Shown here: positions 38,394-47,755 of the stretch, in pieces
Layout: each line of letters opens with the position of its first letter
How positions within the stretch are numbered: position 1 is the stretch's first letter
Origin: a virus
Lineage: Duplodnaviria > Caudoviricetes
IMG/VR virus record: IMGVR_UViG_3300020049_008107
Coordinates: 9,735 to 73,734 of that record
Length of the DNA: 64,000 nt
Reading direction: 5' to 3' (one strand)
Program-made: the position numbers and the translations under genes
Notes under the pieces: model-generated
What the model saw: the letters and a program-made list of their open reading frames with translations, nothing else
Databases searched by the model: none
What the model was told of the DNA's origin: nothing

Positions 38394-38963
38394 TTATGGT
38401 GTATTAATTTCTTTGAGTCTATTATCAAAGTCACTAGCCCATTCAGTTATCAATAAGACATATAGTTCATTCTTTTGAGTATTATTTAAGACAATATTGT
38501 TGTTGTTCAATGATCTCCAATAATTGACCTCACTTATATCTTTATATTTCATAAGACGATTTTGACTTACTTCGTCATATTGAAACACCGGATTAATTAT
38601 ATCATCCCCACCTTGCGACTTGAAGCTACCATTAAATACAACACCATTTTCTAACTTGATCAAATATTTAGTATTAATATATTGTTCTTTTGTAATAAGA
38701 TTTTCTGTATATAATTCTTCATAAGTCTTGTTTACTATATTATCATCAACATCTATTTTTTGTAATGGTGCTAATTTTAGATTACCAATGCTAACAAGAT
38801 AAGAATTCCATGAAGCTAGTGGTTGAAATTTCCAAACTTTTGAAGTGACATCAAAAACAATAACCGAATTACTTTGTGGTATTAAATCGCAAATAACCCC
38901 CGAATACCATTTTTGACCTTGGAATTTTTCATCTACTAAAATTCTGTTTATATTATAATACAT
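38394..38963 (-). CDS. Putative fibre assembly chaperone
   Basis: Directly follows the fibre gene; likely start MYYNIN at 38963. Confidence 0.4.
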   Translation of the reverse strand: MYYNINRILVDEKFQGQKWYSGVICDLIPQSNSVIVFDVTSKVWKFQPLASWNSYLVSIGNLKLAPLQKIDVDDNIVNKTYEELYTENLITKEQYINTKYLIKLENGVVFNGSFKSQGGDDIINPVFQYDEVSQNRLMKYKDISEVNYWRSLNNNNIVLNNTQKNELYVLLITEWASDFDNRLKEINTP

Positions 38964-38970
38964 AATCGCC

Positions 38971-40638
38971 CTACTTGATTTTTTTAATCCAAACTCCATC
39001 TGCATAGTTTGGAGTTGTCTCACTTCCAGTTCTAGGAGTTCCGTTTACACCGTCTGATATTAATAAATAAGAAATACCAGTTCCTATTCCAGTTGGAATA
39101 ACACCTGCTGGATATAAAGAATTTGAAAAAGCTGTTCCATCATAAGTTACACCCCCTACAAAATGTCCTTGAAGAGTGTTAACTCCACCACCACCTATAT
39201 TTGCAGAATTACCTCTAGTGAAACGTTTTAACCCAACGCTATCAAAACTTGTTGCTCCTGTTAAAGTAGAAGTAGTTAATCCAAAACCGCCACTAGACCA
39301 TAAAGTGAAATCTCCTATCTCAATTACACCTGTAGTATAATCTATTGATTTAATAACAGCATTAGGCACACTAACGTCAGGGGTAAGACTATCGCCTACC
39401 ATTAATGCATACACATCATCAAGTGATACCGTGAATGTCTTTAATGTATCATCTAATGCTGTTATTACAATCCCCGTAATAGTAGCACCATTTAGATTAC
39501 GAATTCTTTTCCCATTATAAGGACTTAGTGCATCTGAGATAACTTGACCATTCGCTTTAACAAACTCACTAGGTAATGCAGGAGTATCAGGGTTTGAATT
39601 TTCAAAAAATATCTCTGTTCCAACAGGCACACTAGTTGAAACTGGAGCAGATATTAAAGTCTTAAGCTCATCAATGGCAGCTTGAATATTGGTTGCAGTT
39701 AATCCACTAACAGTATTACGGTAGCGCATACCCAGTGCTGAATCCATTGGAAATGCTTGCGCACCAGCACCACCAGTAAGCGTTGAAGCAAAATCAAGAT
39801 ATGAGCCATTAAAAAACATGATGTGACCAAACAAGAAAAGCCCTGTTCCTGTAACACATGGATTGGCATTTGTTATTACATTTGCATTAAGTATTATTGC
39901 TGGAGCAGTAGCCATTGTAGTAACTAATACAGGCACAGTATTTGTTGTAATACCACCATATGCTAATAAAACAATAGCGTCACCTTGTGCTACAACTTGA
40001 CCATTCAGGTTTTTACCTATAAAAATAAATCCACCATTACCATTCAATTCAATTGCTACAGCGTCAGCATCATCTTCTACACCAATTAGGCAATCAAACA
40101 AAGTCATACCAAATGCAGTACCAACACCAGTATATATTGCTTTACTACCACCAGTAGAATTTTGGGAAGAAATTTGTGTATTTTTGTATTGAGAATCACC
40201 AGTTGTGGCTAATACGTTGTATGCGTTATATACACCACTACCAGTTTGAGTAATATTACATTCGTAAAAAGAAAGATTATGAGAAATAGTTGAGATGTGA
40301 TTAACTGTATGATCCGTTGAATTTGTGAAGTTTATACCATCAAACGACATGCCGTTGTTTGTAGTTGTGTTATTAATGGTTAGTTTACCAACAACAACAA
40401 CAGTATGTTTAGCTACAGCAACTAGATTTACACCATCAACAATAGTAAGATTTTCTGTGTAAGTACCAGAATCTATTACAACAGTGCCATTAACACTAAC
40501 TAAATCAATAGCACGCTGTATAGTTTTATATGGATTAACTAAATCACCAGTACCAAATGTGTCATGTCCAGCTTGAGAGACAAAGACTACATTTGATATG
40601 TTTGATTTAGAAAGCTGATCTGCAAACACTTTATCCAT
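38971..40638 (-). CDS. Fibre/spike protein with beta-helix and tail-collar-like domain
   Basis: GDLVNPYKTIQRAI...IDSGTYTE pectin-lyase-like start; VPVGTEIFF..EFVKANGQ..NLNG, FTRG, LQGH, PRTGSETTP collar motifs. Confidence 0.65.
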   Translation of the reverse strand: MDKVFADQLSKSNISNVVFVSQAGHDTFGTGDLVNPYKTIQRAIDLVSVNGTVVIDSGTYTENLTIVDGVNLVAVAKHTVVVVGKLTINNTTTNNGMSFDGINFTNSTDHTVNHISTISHNLSFYECNITQTGSGVYNAYNVLATTGDSQYKNTQISSQNSTGGSKAIYTGVGTAFGMTLFDCLIGVEDDADAVAIELNGNGGFIFIGKNLNGQVVAQGDAIVLLAYGGITTNTVPVLVTTMATAPAIILNANVITNANPCVTGTGLFLFGHIMFFNGSYLDFASTLTGGAGAQAFPMDSALGMRYRNTVSGLTATNIQAAIDELKTLISAPVSTSVPVGTEIFFENSNPDTPALPSEFVKANGQVISDALSPYNGKRIRNLNGATITGIVITALDDTLKTFTVSLDDVYALMVGDSLTPDVSVPNAVIKSIDYTTGVIEIGDFTLWSSGGFGLTTSTLTGATSFDSVGLKRFTRGNSANIGGGGVNTLQGHFVGGVTYDGTAFSNSLYPAGVIPTGIGTGISYLLISDGVNGTPRTGSETTPNYADGVWIKKIK

Positions 40639-40645
40639 TTATAAA

Positions 40646-41575
40646 TTAGTAAAGGAATGGTGCTCTTACAACAATTCTTTCACCAACTTGAATCTGTGGG
40701 ATGAAATGGAATCCAGTAGTTGAGTTGTAAACAACAGTTACTTCTTTTTGTTGTTCAACCCCATTACGAGTAACAACTACTCTAGGATTATCTCTGAATT
40801 CTCCAGCAGAAGCAGGTAAAGCAATTGTAGCATAATCAGAATTTGAATCAGGAGTTGAAACACCAGTACCACCAGTGCCCGCAGCCAAATCCCAAACGTC
40901 GCCAGTAGGGAATGCAGTAGTAACGTCATAACGAGCTTCGAGCATCTTAACAGCAGCTTTTAAATCAACAACATCTCTCTCATTTGCACCATTTTCTTTT
41001 ACAAGAACTGGAATGTAACGCCTTGCAACAAGGGTATTTCTTTTAAATTCATAGACTCCAGCAGGGATTTGAACAGGAGTTAATACATCAGAAGAGGAGT
41101 AATAAACAAAAGAAATTTGGATATTTTCAGAACCAGAAGCGGCAATTACATCAGAATCCGTAACGGTACTTGAGCATTGGATAAGACCATATACTTTACG
41201 TTCAGTTCCAGAATCATCATAGGTAACTTCGTTGTTAGTTACTGATTCGCGAAGATCAACAAGGTTTAAGATATTACCAGATGAATCAGCAACAGAAGTT
41301 GCAGCAGCAGCACCAACAACACCAGCAAGAGCAGCAGCAACCACACCACCTTGATTTGATAACCCAATGGCAGCAATAGCACCTTTAGAAATAACAGAGC
41401 CAGCAGAAAAATGAGTTGGAGCATTTAGTAATGCCACATCAGCAGCAGAACCAAGTGTAACTTTATTTGTTGCGTTAAATGGTTGTTCTCTTACAACCCT
41501 CGCATTCAAGTAGTCTTCAAGACCAGCGAAATTACCTGTAAGTATTCGTATCTGCTCTTCTGTTAGTCTATCCAT
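40646..41575 (-). CDS. Putative virion structural protein
   Basis: 309 aa beta-rich; C-terminal VTRNGVEQ domain; within the head/neck block. Confidence 0.45.
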   Translation of the reverse strand: MDRLTEEQIRILTGNFAGLEDYLNARVVREQPFNATNKVTLGSAADVALLNAPTHFSAGSVISKGAIAAIGLSNQGGVVAAALAGVVGAAAATSVADSSGNILNLVDLRESVTNNEVTYDDSGTERKVYGLIQCSSTVTDSDVIAASGSENIQISFVYYSSSDVLTPVQIPAGVYEFKRNTLVARRYIPVLVKENGANERDVVDLKAAVKMLEARYDVTTAFPTGDVWDLAAGTGGTGVSTPDSNSDYATIALPASAGEFRDNPRVVVTRNGVEQQKEVTVVYNSTTGFHFIPQIQVGERIVVRAPFLY

Positions 41576-41625
41576 AGTATAAAACCTCTTTTAAAACTTC
41601 TATTTGTTATTAAATAAGTGTTATC

Positions 41626-42231
41626 TTAGGTAAGAATTACTAGTTTTTCTGTGGCTCTTAAAATATATGGTAGGCTAATAGAAGTTGAACTAACATAATT
41701 AACAGCAGAACCCTTTTCCAGGTATTGACCATTTCTATATATTACCATGTGTGGAGTGTTTAAGAAAATAGTAGAAGTTGAACCAACATTACCATTATCA
41801 CCAGATTTTGTATATCCAACACCAGAGGTAGTAAGCGATATAGGAGTATTAGCCGCAATATCAGCAATTATTAGGATTTTTGTGGTATTAGCCGCAACCT
41901 TATTATCAGCAGTAGCGAGTTTTATCCATTTAGTGCCATCTGACCAAATCCAATCACCTTCATTCCAGACAGATATTCCATCAATGGTAGTAGTACCAGC
42001 AACAACGACTTTATAGAACTGATCTTTGTTTAGTAGGGTAGCAGTTGGTATAGATGGTGTGTTTGTAGAAGCGTTCCAATCAGCTTGGTAATTGCCTTGC
42101 TGTAATTTTGCATATTGAGCGGCAGATAGGTGATAATATTCACCAGAAACACCACCTTGTAGATTAGCAAGTAGATTGTGATCTATTAAAGACGGGTTTA
42201 CGCCACTATTTTCTGATTCCCATATTCCCAT
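41626..42231 (-). CDS. Putative virion structural protein
   Basis: DHNLLANLQGG..GEYYHL and YQADWNASTNTP...WNEGDWI motifs seen in fibre/decoration proteins. Confidence 0.5.
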   Translation of the reverse strand: MGIWESENSGVNPSLIDHNLLANLQGGVSGEYYHLSAAQYAKLQQGNYQADWNASTNTPSIPTATLLNKDQFYKVVVAGTTTIDGISVWNEGDWIWSDGTKWIKLATADNKVAANTTKILIIADIAANTPISLTTSGVGYTKSGDNGNVGSTSTIFLNTPHMVIYRNGQYLEKGSAVNYVSSTSISLPYILRATEKLVILT

Positions 42232-42236
42232 AAGAT

Positions 42237-42244
42237 TAAATAAC
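42237..42244 (-). promoter_or_regulatory. Putative late promoter GTTATTTA, 5 nt before ATG
   Basis: Fixed-spacing motif. Confidence 0.55.
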
Positions 42245-42528
42245 TAGACCTTTGGTTTTGGGTTTATTAATTCGTGTGACTTAAGTTTTTGATAGTCGTT
42301 ATCATCAAACTTCGAGAGATACCACTCAAGAGTCTTATCAAATTCGTTTTCTGGTACTTTAAGTTGTTTTTTGAAAGCTTCTTGCCACTTCTGTTTAATC
42401 TGTGGGGAAGACAATATCTCGCGTTTTAATTCAAGTAATTTTGGGCTGATGTTATACTTAGCTTTCTTTACTTGCATTTTGTGAATAACACGCTCAACTT
42501 GAGATTTAGTAACAATTATCTTTCCCAT
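42244..42528 (-). CDS. Leader-bearing protein 8 (putative internal head protein)
   Basis: N-terminus MGKIIVTKSQVERVIHKMQVKKA. Confidence 0.7.
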   Translation of the reverse strand: MGKIIVTKSQVERVIHKMQVKKAKYNISPKLLELKREILSSPQIKQKWQEAFKKQLKVPENEFDKTLEWYLSKFDDNDYQKLKSHELINPKPKV

Positions 42529-42893
42529 TAGTTACCCCTTGCTGTAATAGTCATTGAACCTGATGTAACTACTAGTCTAAATGCTGTTACTGGTGTCATT
42601 GCATCAGTAGTAATAACCGAAACTGAACCTTTAGCCCATGGTTCTTTACGTGTAATCGCTGTATTAGTATCGACAGCATTCTTGATATCTTTTACGTTAT
42701 CATTGCATGTCTCAACATAGCCAGTACCAGTTGGAGAAGGTGAAATTGTGATAGCAACCTTAGCAGTTTTAGGTCTAACAAAAAACCAATCTGAAGCATT
42801 ACCAGAAGTAATACCGATTTCTTTACATTCATAAGCAAACTCTTCATTACTACCTTGAACTGGAGCAATAAGCATTTCAGCATATTTATTCAT
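42528..42893 (-). CDS. Hypothetical beta-rich protein
   Basis: 121 aa, coupled. Confidence 0.55.
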   Translation of the reverse strand: MNKYAEMLIAPVQGSNEEFAYECKEIGITSGNASDWFFVRPKTAKVAITISPSPTGTGYVETCNDNVKDIKNAVDTNTAITRKEPWAKGSVSVITTDAMTPVTAFRLVVTSGSMTITARGN

Positions 42894-43201
42894 TAATAAC
42901 CCTCAGATTCTGTATTAATTAGCCACGCTTTACTAAGGCGATTTAAATCTATATTTAGTTTATGTGTATCTTTTAAATTCTTCAAATCTTTTATTGTTTG
43001 ATTAACTTGTGTATTATACTTGTTTATGACATCAAAAACCCTTGCTGCTTCATTTTTAAATTTTTTGATCATAAAACCATCAGACACATAATCAGTGTCA
43101 ATTTTTTGTGGTTCTTTTGTTCCCAAATCTTGAATGGTTAAAGATTTATTAACCAACCTTCGTAGCTGTGATTTTGTAACTATAAACTTTTGTTCTTTCA
43201 T
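42893..43201 (-). CDS. Leader-bearing protein 9 (putative internal head protein)
   Basis: N-terminus MKEQKFIVTKSQLRRLVNKS. Confidence 0.75.
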   Translation of the reverse strand: MKEQKFIVTKSQLRRLVNKSLTIQDLGTKEPQKIDTDYVSDGFMIKKFKNEAARVFDVINKYNTQVNQTIKDLKNLKDTHKLNIDLNRLSKAWLINTESEGY

Positions 43202-43917
43202 TTAATTTGTACCTATAAACCTAATTAGTTCGTCAAAATTGTTAGAATCAGTAACATTCAATCTACTACCAATACCAGTAAACCTAGTCTCGCCATCATT
43301 CATCTTAAAAATAAATAAGACTATTCTACCATTTTTAGACCTTGCATCAAACCTAGATGCATTTTCAATACCATGTACTTGATAAACCCTTGGTAGAGTA
43401 AAATTCTTGTTAATCTCTATATTGGTATAGCCAGAAAGCTTCAACATATTCTTTACATTTTGTAAAGAAAAATCCTTTTTAACTATACTTGAGATCATTA
43501 AGGATTAAGTTTACTTCCAATAGAATAATAGTAATGAATACGCCTTAATTCTCCTGTAGGAGTCCGTACATGCAAAGCGGTAAGGTCTGAAAACCCACCA
43601 CTAAAACCATTAGTGACTGGTATCCAAAGGTTGTTGTTGTTAAACATTACCTCGAAGTTAGTAAGGTCGCCAGCTTTAATTTTAGGAATGACCGAATCAT
43701 CTTTATCTTCAAAAGTTGCATAAATACTAACAAATGTTAGTCCATCAAACTTAGCTATATCAATCGCTTGTGAGACAAGTGGAGCAATGAGGACAAAATC
43801 TTCAATATCAACACCCTCATTACGTTCAAATAGCATTTGAGGAATAGTTATATCCTTTGGGGTATTACTGTCAGTTTGTTTTTGAAGGGTAGTAGTCAAG
43901 ATGAATTTGGTAGCCAT
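43202..43917 (-). other. Two hypothetical CDSs (43202-43498, 43498-43917)
   Basis: Coupled; 43917 start preceded by CTTATTTA-N5. Confidence 0.6.
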
Positions 43918-43922
43918 ACAAT

Positions 43923-43930
43923 TAAATAAG
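43923..43930 (-). promoter_or_regulatory. Putative late promoter CTTATTTA, 5 nt before ATG
   Basis: Fixed-spacing motif. Confidence 0.55.
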
Positions 43931-43931
43931 T

Positions 43932-44395
43932 CTACTTTCTAATTCCCAATTTCTGGAATGTTCTACCAACTAACGATTTATTAACTGGCGTATATAACCT
44001 TTCAACATATTGGTCATCTTTCCACTTAATTTGTCCATTGTCGTAAGCTCTACCAGTCGCCATACACATTTGGCATTCTATATCCCTAAATGGTTTGCCA
44101 ATATAGGTATGTAAAGTAAGATACGAGTTGTGTTTGCATTTAATTCTTTGTTGTGTTTCGCTCATACAATAATATCGAACTAATATTGAAAATAATCGGC
44201 AAATCCAGATTCACCTTCGCCCAATACAAGACGAAGTTCATTTTTGAGTTGTTCTGGAGTCCAATTATTCTTTTGTGCTTTAATCATAATCTCTTTAGTT
44301 TCATCTTCAAGTACCTTCATAAGAGCAGTCATGTCAACCGATAATTCAGTTGATTGGTCTTCTACAAGTGAAGTATTTACTGATGGAACGGACAT
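43932..44395 (-). other. Two small hypothetical CDSs (43932-44165, 44180-44395)
   Basis: 77 aa with C..H/CQMC and 71 aa acidic; coupled to neck genes. Confidence 0.5.
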
Positions 44396-44823
44396 TATTT
44401 CCTAAGTAAACCCAAGACTATATAAAGGAAAACGTCCATAAACTGACTATAATTCTGCTTAGTCTGTATGCGATATTCAGTCTCGAATGGATCAATGACT
44501 GTAATGGTCTTAAGGTCAAAATCTTTATATTTCAATCCCTTTTCAACTACTTGTTTGGTTGAAAGATAAGCTGTTGCATCAACTCTTTCAAATATTCCAA
44601 CTTTCTCAAGTTCTTTGGTAGTTGGATTGTATTCAATAGGGAATGCATTGAGTTCAATATAGTCAGGATTTTTCGAAACTATTGAGCCGTATTTACCACG
44701 CTCAATACCTTTACCAGAAAGACCGTAGACCTTAAGTGGAAGTTTAGAACTTACAACTATATCATAAACATCTTGAAGTGCACCCCGTTTCTCAAATTCT
44801 GTATATGGTATGGTAAATGGCAT
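44395..44823 (-). CDS. Head closure/stopper protein
   Basis: 142 aa after the adaptor; LEKVGI...ATAYLS...YRI pattern; synteny. Confidence 0.5.
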   Translation of the reverse strand: MPFTIPYTEFEKRGALQDVYDIVVSSKLPLKVYGLSGKGIERGKYGSIVSKNPDYIELNAFPIEYNPTTKELEKVGIFERVDATAYLSTKQVVEKGLKYKDFDLKTITVIDPFETEYRIQTKQNYSQFMDVFLYIVLGLLRK

Positions 44824-45422
44824 TATGAGGACTGAACTCCTGTTGAATAACGTTTAATTATACTTTTATATGTTCTTGCTAGGTCATTTCTTGCATTAGT
44901 CCACTTACCTTTATCGCCAAAATCGCGTGACCATGCTTGAACTGAAAGTGAACCACCACCACCTTGATTTGCTATTGTACCTAGAACCTTGTCCGCAACA
45001 AAACAGTAAATTGCTTCTCTAATATCGATTGGATAATCGGTAAAGCCATAAGTGTACTTAACTGTTATGTTTTCCCTTCCACGAGGAAAAGCTACTTGAT
45101 TATTATACCCACGAACTATTCCAGATTTTGGCTCTATAAAATACTTACCAACAATAATTACATTAAGTAAGTTAGGGAAGGTAACCGATATTAGCTCAAC
45201 AACTGGTTTACGTGAAAGAATGAGGATGTTTGAATCATTGCCAGAATGAATCTCCTCAATAGTCTTGATTTCAGTGAAAGACTGCCTAGTTATCTTCTCA
45301 ATGTGATCAATAGAAAAGGCGATTCTACCTCTTAACCATTCATCGGACACACCCACATTAGCATTGGCTAAACCATAACCATCTAAAAAATTGCGTACAT
45401 CCTGTGGGCTAATTTCTGACAC
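44823..45422 (-). CDS. Head-tail adaptor protein
   Basis: ISPQDVRNFL...IEKITRQSF; FPRGRENITVKYTYGFTDYPIDIREAI motif. Confidence 0.7.
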   Translation of the reverse strand: MSEISPQDVRNFLDGYGLANANVGVSDEWLRGRIAFSIDHIEKITRQSFTEIKTIEEIHSGNDSNILILSRKPVVELISVTFPNLLNVIIVGKYFIEPKSGIVRGYNNQVAFPRGRENITVKYTYGFTDYPIDIREAIYCFVADKVLGTIANQGGGGSLSVQAWSRDFGDKGKWTNARNDLARTYKSIIKRYSTGVQSS

Positions 45423-45425
45423 AGA

Positions 45426-45812
45426 CTACTTCATTAAACCAGCAACTACACTAGAACCAACACCGAACCTACCTAATGGATACGATGTCCCATTGGCAAC
45501 AAAAACTAGATTGACTACATCAGCATTATCACCATCTACAATCTTGAGTTCACCTTTAATTTTCTTCCTTTCACCCAAAGCAGCCTTTTGCACTAGTCTT
45601 TTTAATTGTGATTTGGTAACTATTATTTTATCTTCTGACTTAGCAACCAATTTTAGTTTACCAGTGCGTATTTTATCCTTAATGTTTGCAATCATTTCTT
45701 GATATTTAGTACCATTAAGACTATACACTAAGGACTTATTATCATTATCAATTTCGATTATCTTTAATGTACCTTGACCTGATTGTATTCTATCACCAAT
45801 TTTTAATTCCAT
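45426..45812 (-). CDS. Leader-bearing protein 10 with internal leader
   Basis: LVAKSEDKIIVTKSQLKRLVQKA in mid-protein. Confidence 0.7.
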   Translation of the reverse strand: MELKIGDRIQSGQGTLKIIEIDNDNKSLVYSLNGTKYQEMIANIKDKIRTGKLKLVAKSEDKIIVTKSQLKRLVQKAALGERKKIKGELKIVDGDNADVVNLVFVANGTSYPLGRFGVGSSVVAGLMK

Positions 45813-45815
45813 ATC

Positions 45816-46358
45816 TTATACCTTATATTGAATGCTATGTTCTAAGAAACCTTTTGCAAGTAAAGCATCTCTAATTATGATATTACTTACTTTAGCAATT
45901 CCCTTTTCGAACTTGACCTTATTGTTTTCGTCAATCTCTACAATACCCTCCCACCCTTCACCTTCCATATTATCGGTATGAGCGATAACCCAATAATCAA
46001 TTTCTCGTTCTGATTTTTGAACTGGCGGTTTAACATCTGTATTGTATGGTTCATGAATAAACTTCATATCTTCCATAGACTTGATTAATTGACCAGATGA
46101 AATTCCAGGAGGCAAATCTAAAGCAACACGACCATCTTCTAAAGTAAGGAAGATTACATTGCCATTAAGCCTAATAGAACTTCCAGATTTACCTTTTGAA
46201 GCAGCATGTGGCAAAAAGAAGTGTATTTTACCATCTTCCCACTCAACAGGTTTGGATTCGATATCATCTTCTAATACAGATTGAGCTTGAGTTTCCTCAA
46301 GCCCATCAAGGATACTAGAAGAGGAAACCGATTTGTCAGTTTTCCTCTTAAGTGCCAT
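45816..46358 (-). CDS. Hypothetical post-capsid protein
   Basis: 180 aa coupled to the capsid gene. Confidence 0.6.
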   Translation of the reverse strand: MALKRKTDKSVSSSSILDGLEETQAQSVLEDDIESKPVEWEDGKIHFFLPHAASKGKSGSSIRLNGNVIFLTLEDGRVALDLPPGISSGQLIKSMEDMKFIHEPYNTDVKPPVQKSEREIDYWVIAHTDNMEGEGWEGIVEIDENNKVKFEKGIAKVSNIIIRDALLAKGFLEHSIQYKV

Positions 46359-47752
46359 TATTCTACCCTAAGTCCTCGTGTAACATAACTTGAATCTGCA
46401 AAACTAGGAACTAATGCACCATAGGTTTTGATAAGGAACGGAAGTTCGTCATCTGTTTTAGCTAATTCTTCAACAGTAACTAAACCATTGAATTTAGAAC
46501 CAGCAGTATTAGTATAGGCGAATTTACCAAGACCTTGGATTTTATCCAAATCCCATAACCAAACAGACTCTGGAGCTACACTACCAGTTGCAACGTAAGG
46601 TCTGTCATCAACTTGTGTACCTTTAATTTCAGCAGTTGGAATTGTAGGATTAACGGTAAATGTATAACCAGTTGTATCACCAGTAATTGTACCAGCACCA
46701 TCGTAAGTAAATGCCGAGATAATTCTTACAAGAGTAGCAGTTGCAGCACTAGTACCGCAGTAAATACGGTATTGTAAAGCATCAGCTTCTGCTGTCCATG
46801 TAAGGTTAATTACAGAAGTTGCACCAGTAGTAGTTACAGCAATAGGGGTACTTGCTAATTGTTCACCATTGTATGAGCAATGAGAAACATAAAAATAATA
46901 AGTATTAGCTGGAACTGTTCCACCAGTAGTTGGTTCAGTATGTCCAATAGCACCAGTTTGGAATTGTGGTTTGGTAAATGTAGTCTCAATGATTGGGATA
47001 TTACGGTAAGCATTTAAACGCCAACCACCATTAATCTCAATTTGAGTTAATCCAGAACCAGTAAGTCCTTGCATTAATCGTACATTCTCAAGAAGTCTAG
47101 AAACCTTAGATAGCATTTCAGGAGACATAACGATTGCCTTTTTATGGTGTGCACCTTGTTTACGGGTGTTGTTGTCAATCATATCGTCAAGAAATTTAAG
47201 ATTTGCTGGAACTTCCCCACCAAGAGCCTTATTCTTACGATTGATAGAACCATGAATGAATGAATCTATACCAGAGAATTCAAACCCGTTTGCATCATTG
47301 TTTCCATAGTAAAGATAGAAACTTAAATCAAGTGCATGAGCATAAAGATGGTTTTCCATCTCAACAGCAGCAGCATCGATGTACTTTTCAGAAGCATCTT
47401 TTAAGAAGTTGGTAACAGCACCCTTTCTTCTGATAATACGCATTCTAACCCCATCTCTGAGGTATTGAGCATTACGAGTGGGAGTTGTCGCACCTTCACC
47501 CATAGCACCACCTTGTTTAGGAAGAGCCACTAAGCGGTTGAACTCATGCAATTTTTGGTTATCAAACTCTGGCTCAATAATCGCCATTTCTGGCAATAGA
47601 TAGAGAACAGTATTTGTGATAACTTGTTCGAGTTTTTGTGGGATGAGTGCTTCACCTTGATTAGTGATAGAACTCAATGCCTTTTGTACAAGATTCTTGG
47701 CATTACCAGAGAACTTGTTTACTTGATTAAAGACCTGTGTGTTTGATAACAT
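46358..47752 (-). CDS. Major capsid protein (HK97 fold, Ig/FN3-like insertion)
   Basis: 464 aa after the scaffold; ALIPQKLEQVI, YGNNDAN..EFSGID, IKTYGALV; beta-rich insert TYYFYV...INLTW...YRIYCG. Confidence 0.85.
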   Translation of the reverse strand: MLSNTQVFNQVNKFSGNAKNLVQKALSSITNQGEALIPQKLEQVITNTVLYLLPEMAIIEPEFDNQKLHEFNRLVALPKQGGAMGEGATTPTRNAQYLRDGVRMRIIRRKGAVTNFLKDASEKYIDAAAVEMENHLYAHALDLSFYLYYGNNDANGFEFSGIDSFIHGSINRKNKALGGEVPANLKFLDDMIDNNTRKQGAHHKKAIVMSPEMLSKVSRLLENVRLMQGLTGSGLTQIEINGGWRLNAYRNIPIIETTFTKPQFQTGAIGHTEPTTGGTVPANTYYFYVSHCSYNGEQLASTPIAVTTTGATSVINLTWTAEADALQYRIYCGTSAATATLVRIISAFTYDGAGTITGDTTGYTFTVNPTIPTAEIKGTQVDDRPYVATGSVAPESVWLWDLDKIQGLGKFAYTNTAGSKFNGLVTVEELAKTDDELPFLIKTYGALVPSFADSSYVTRGLRVE

Positions 47753-47755
47753 GTG

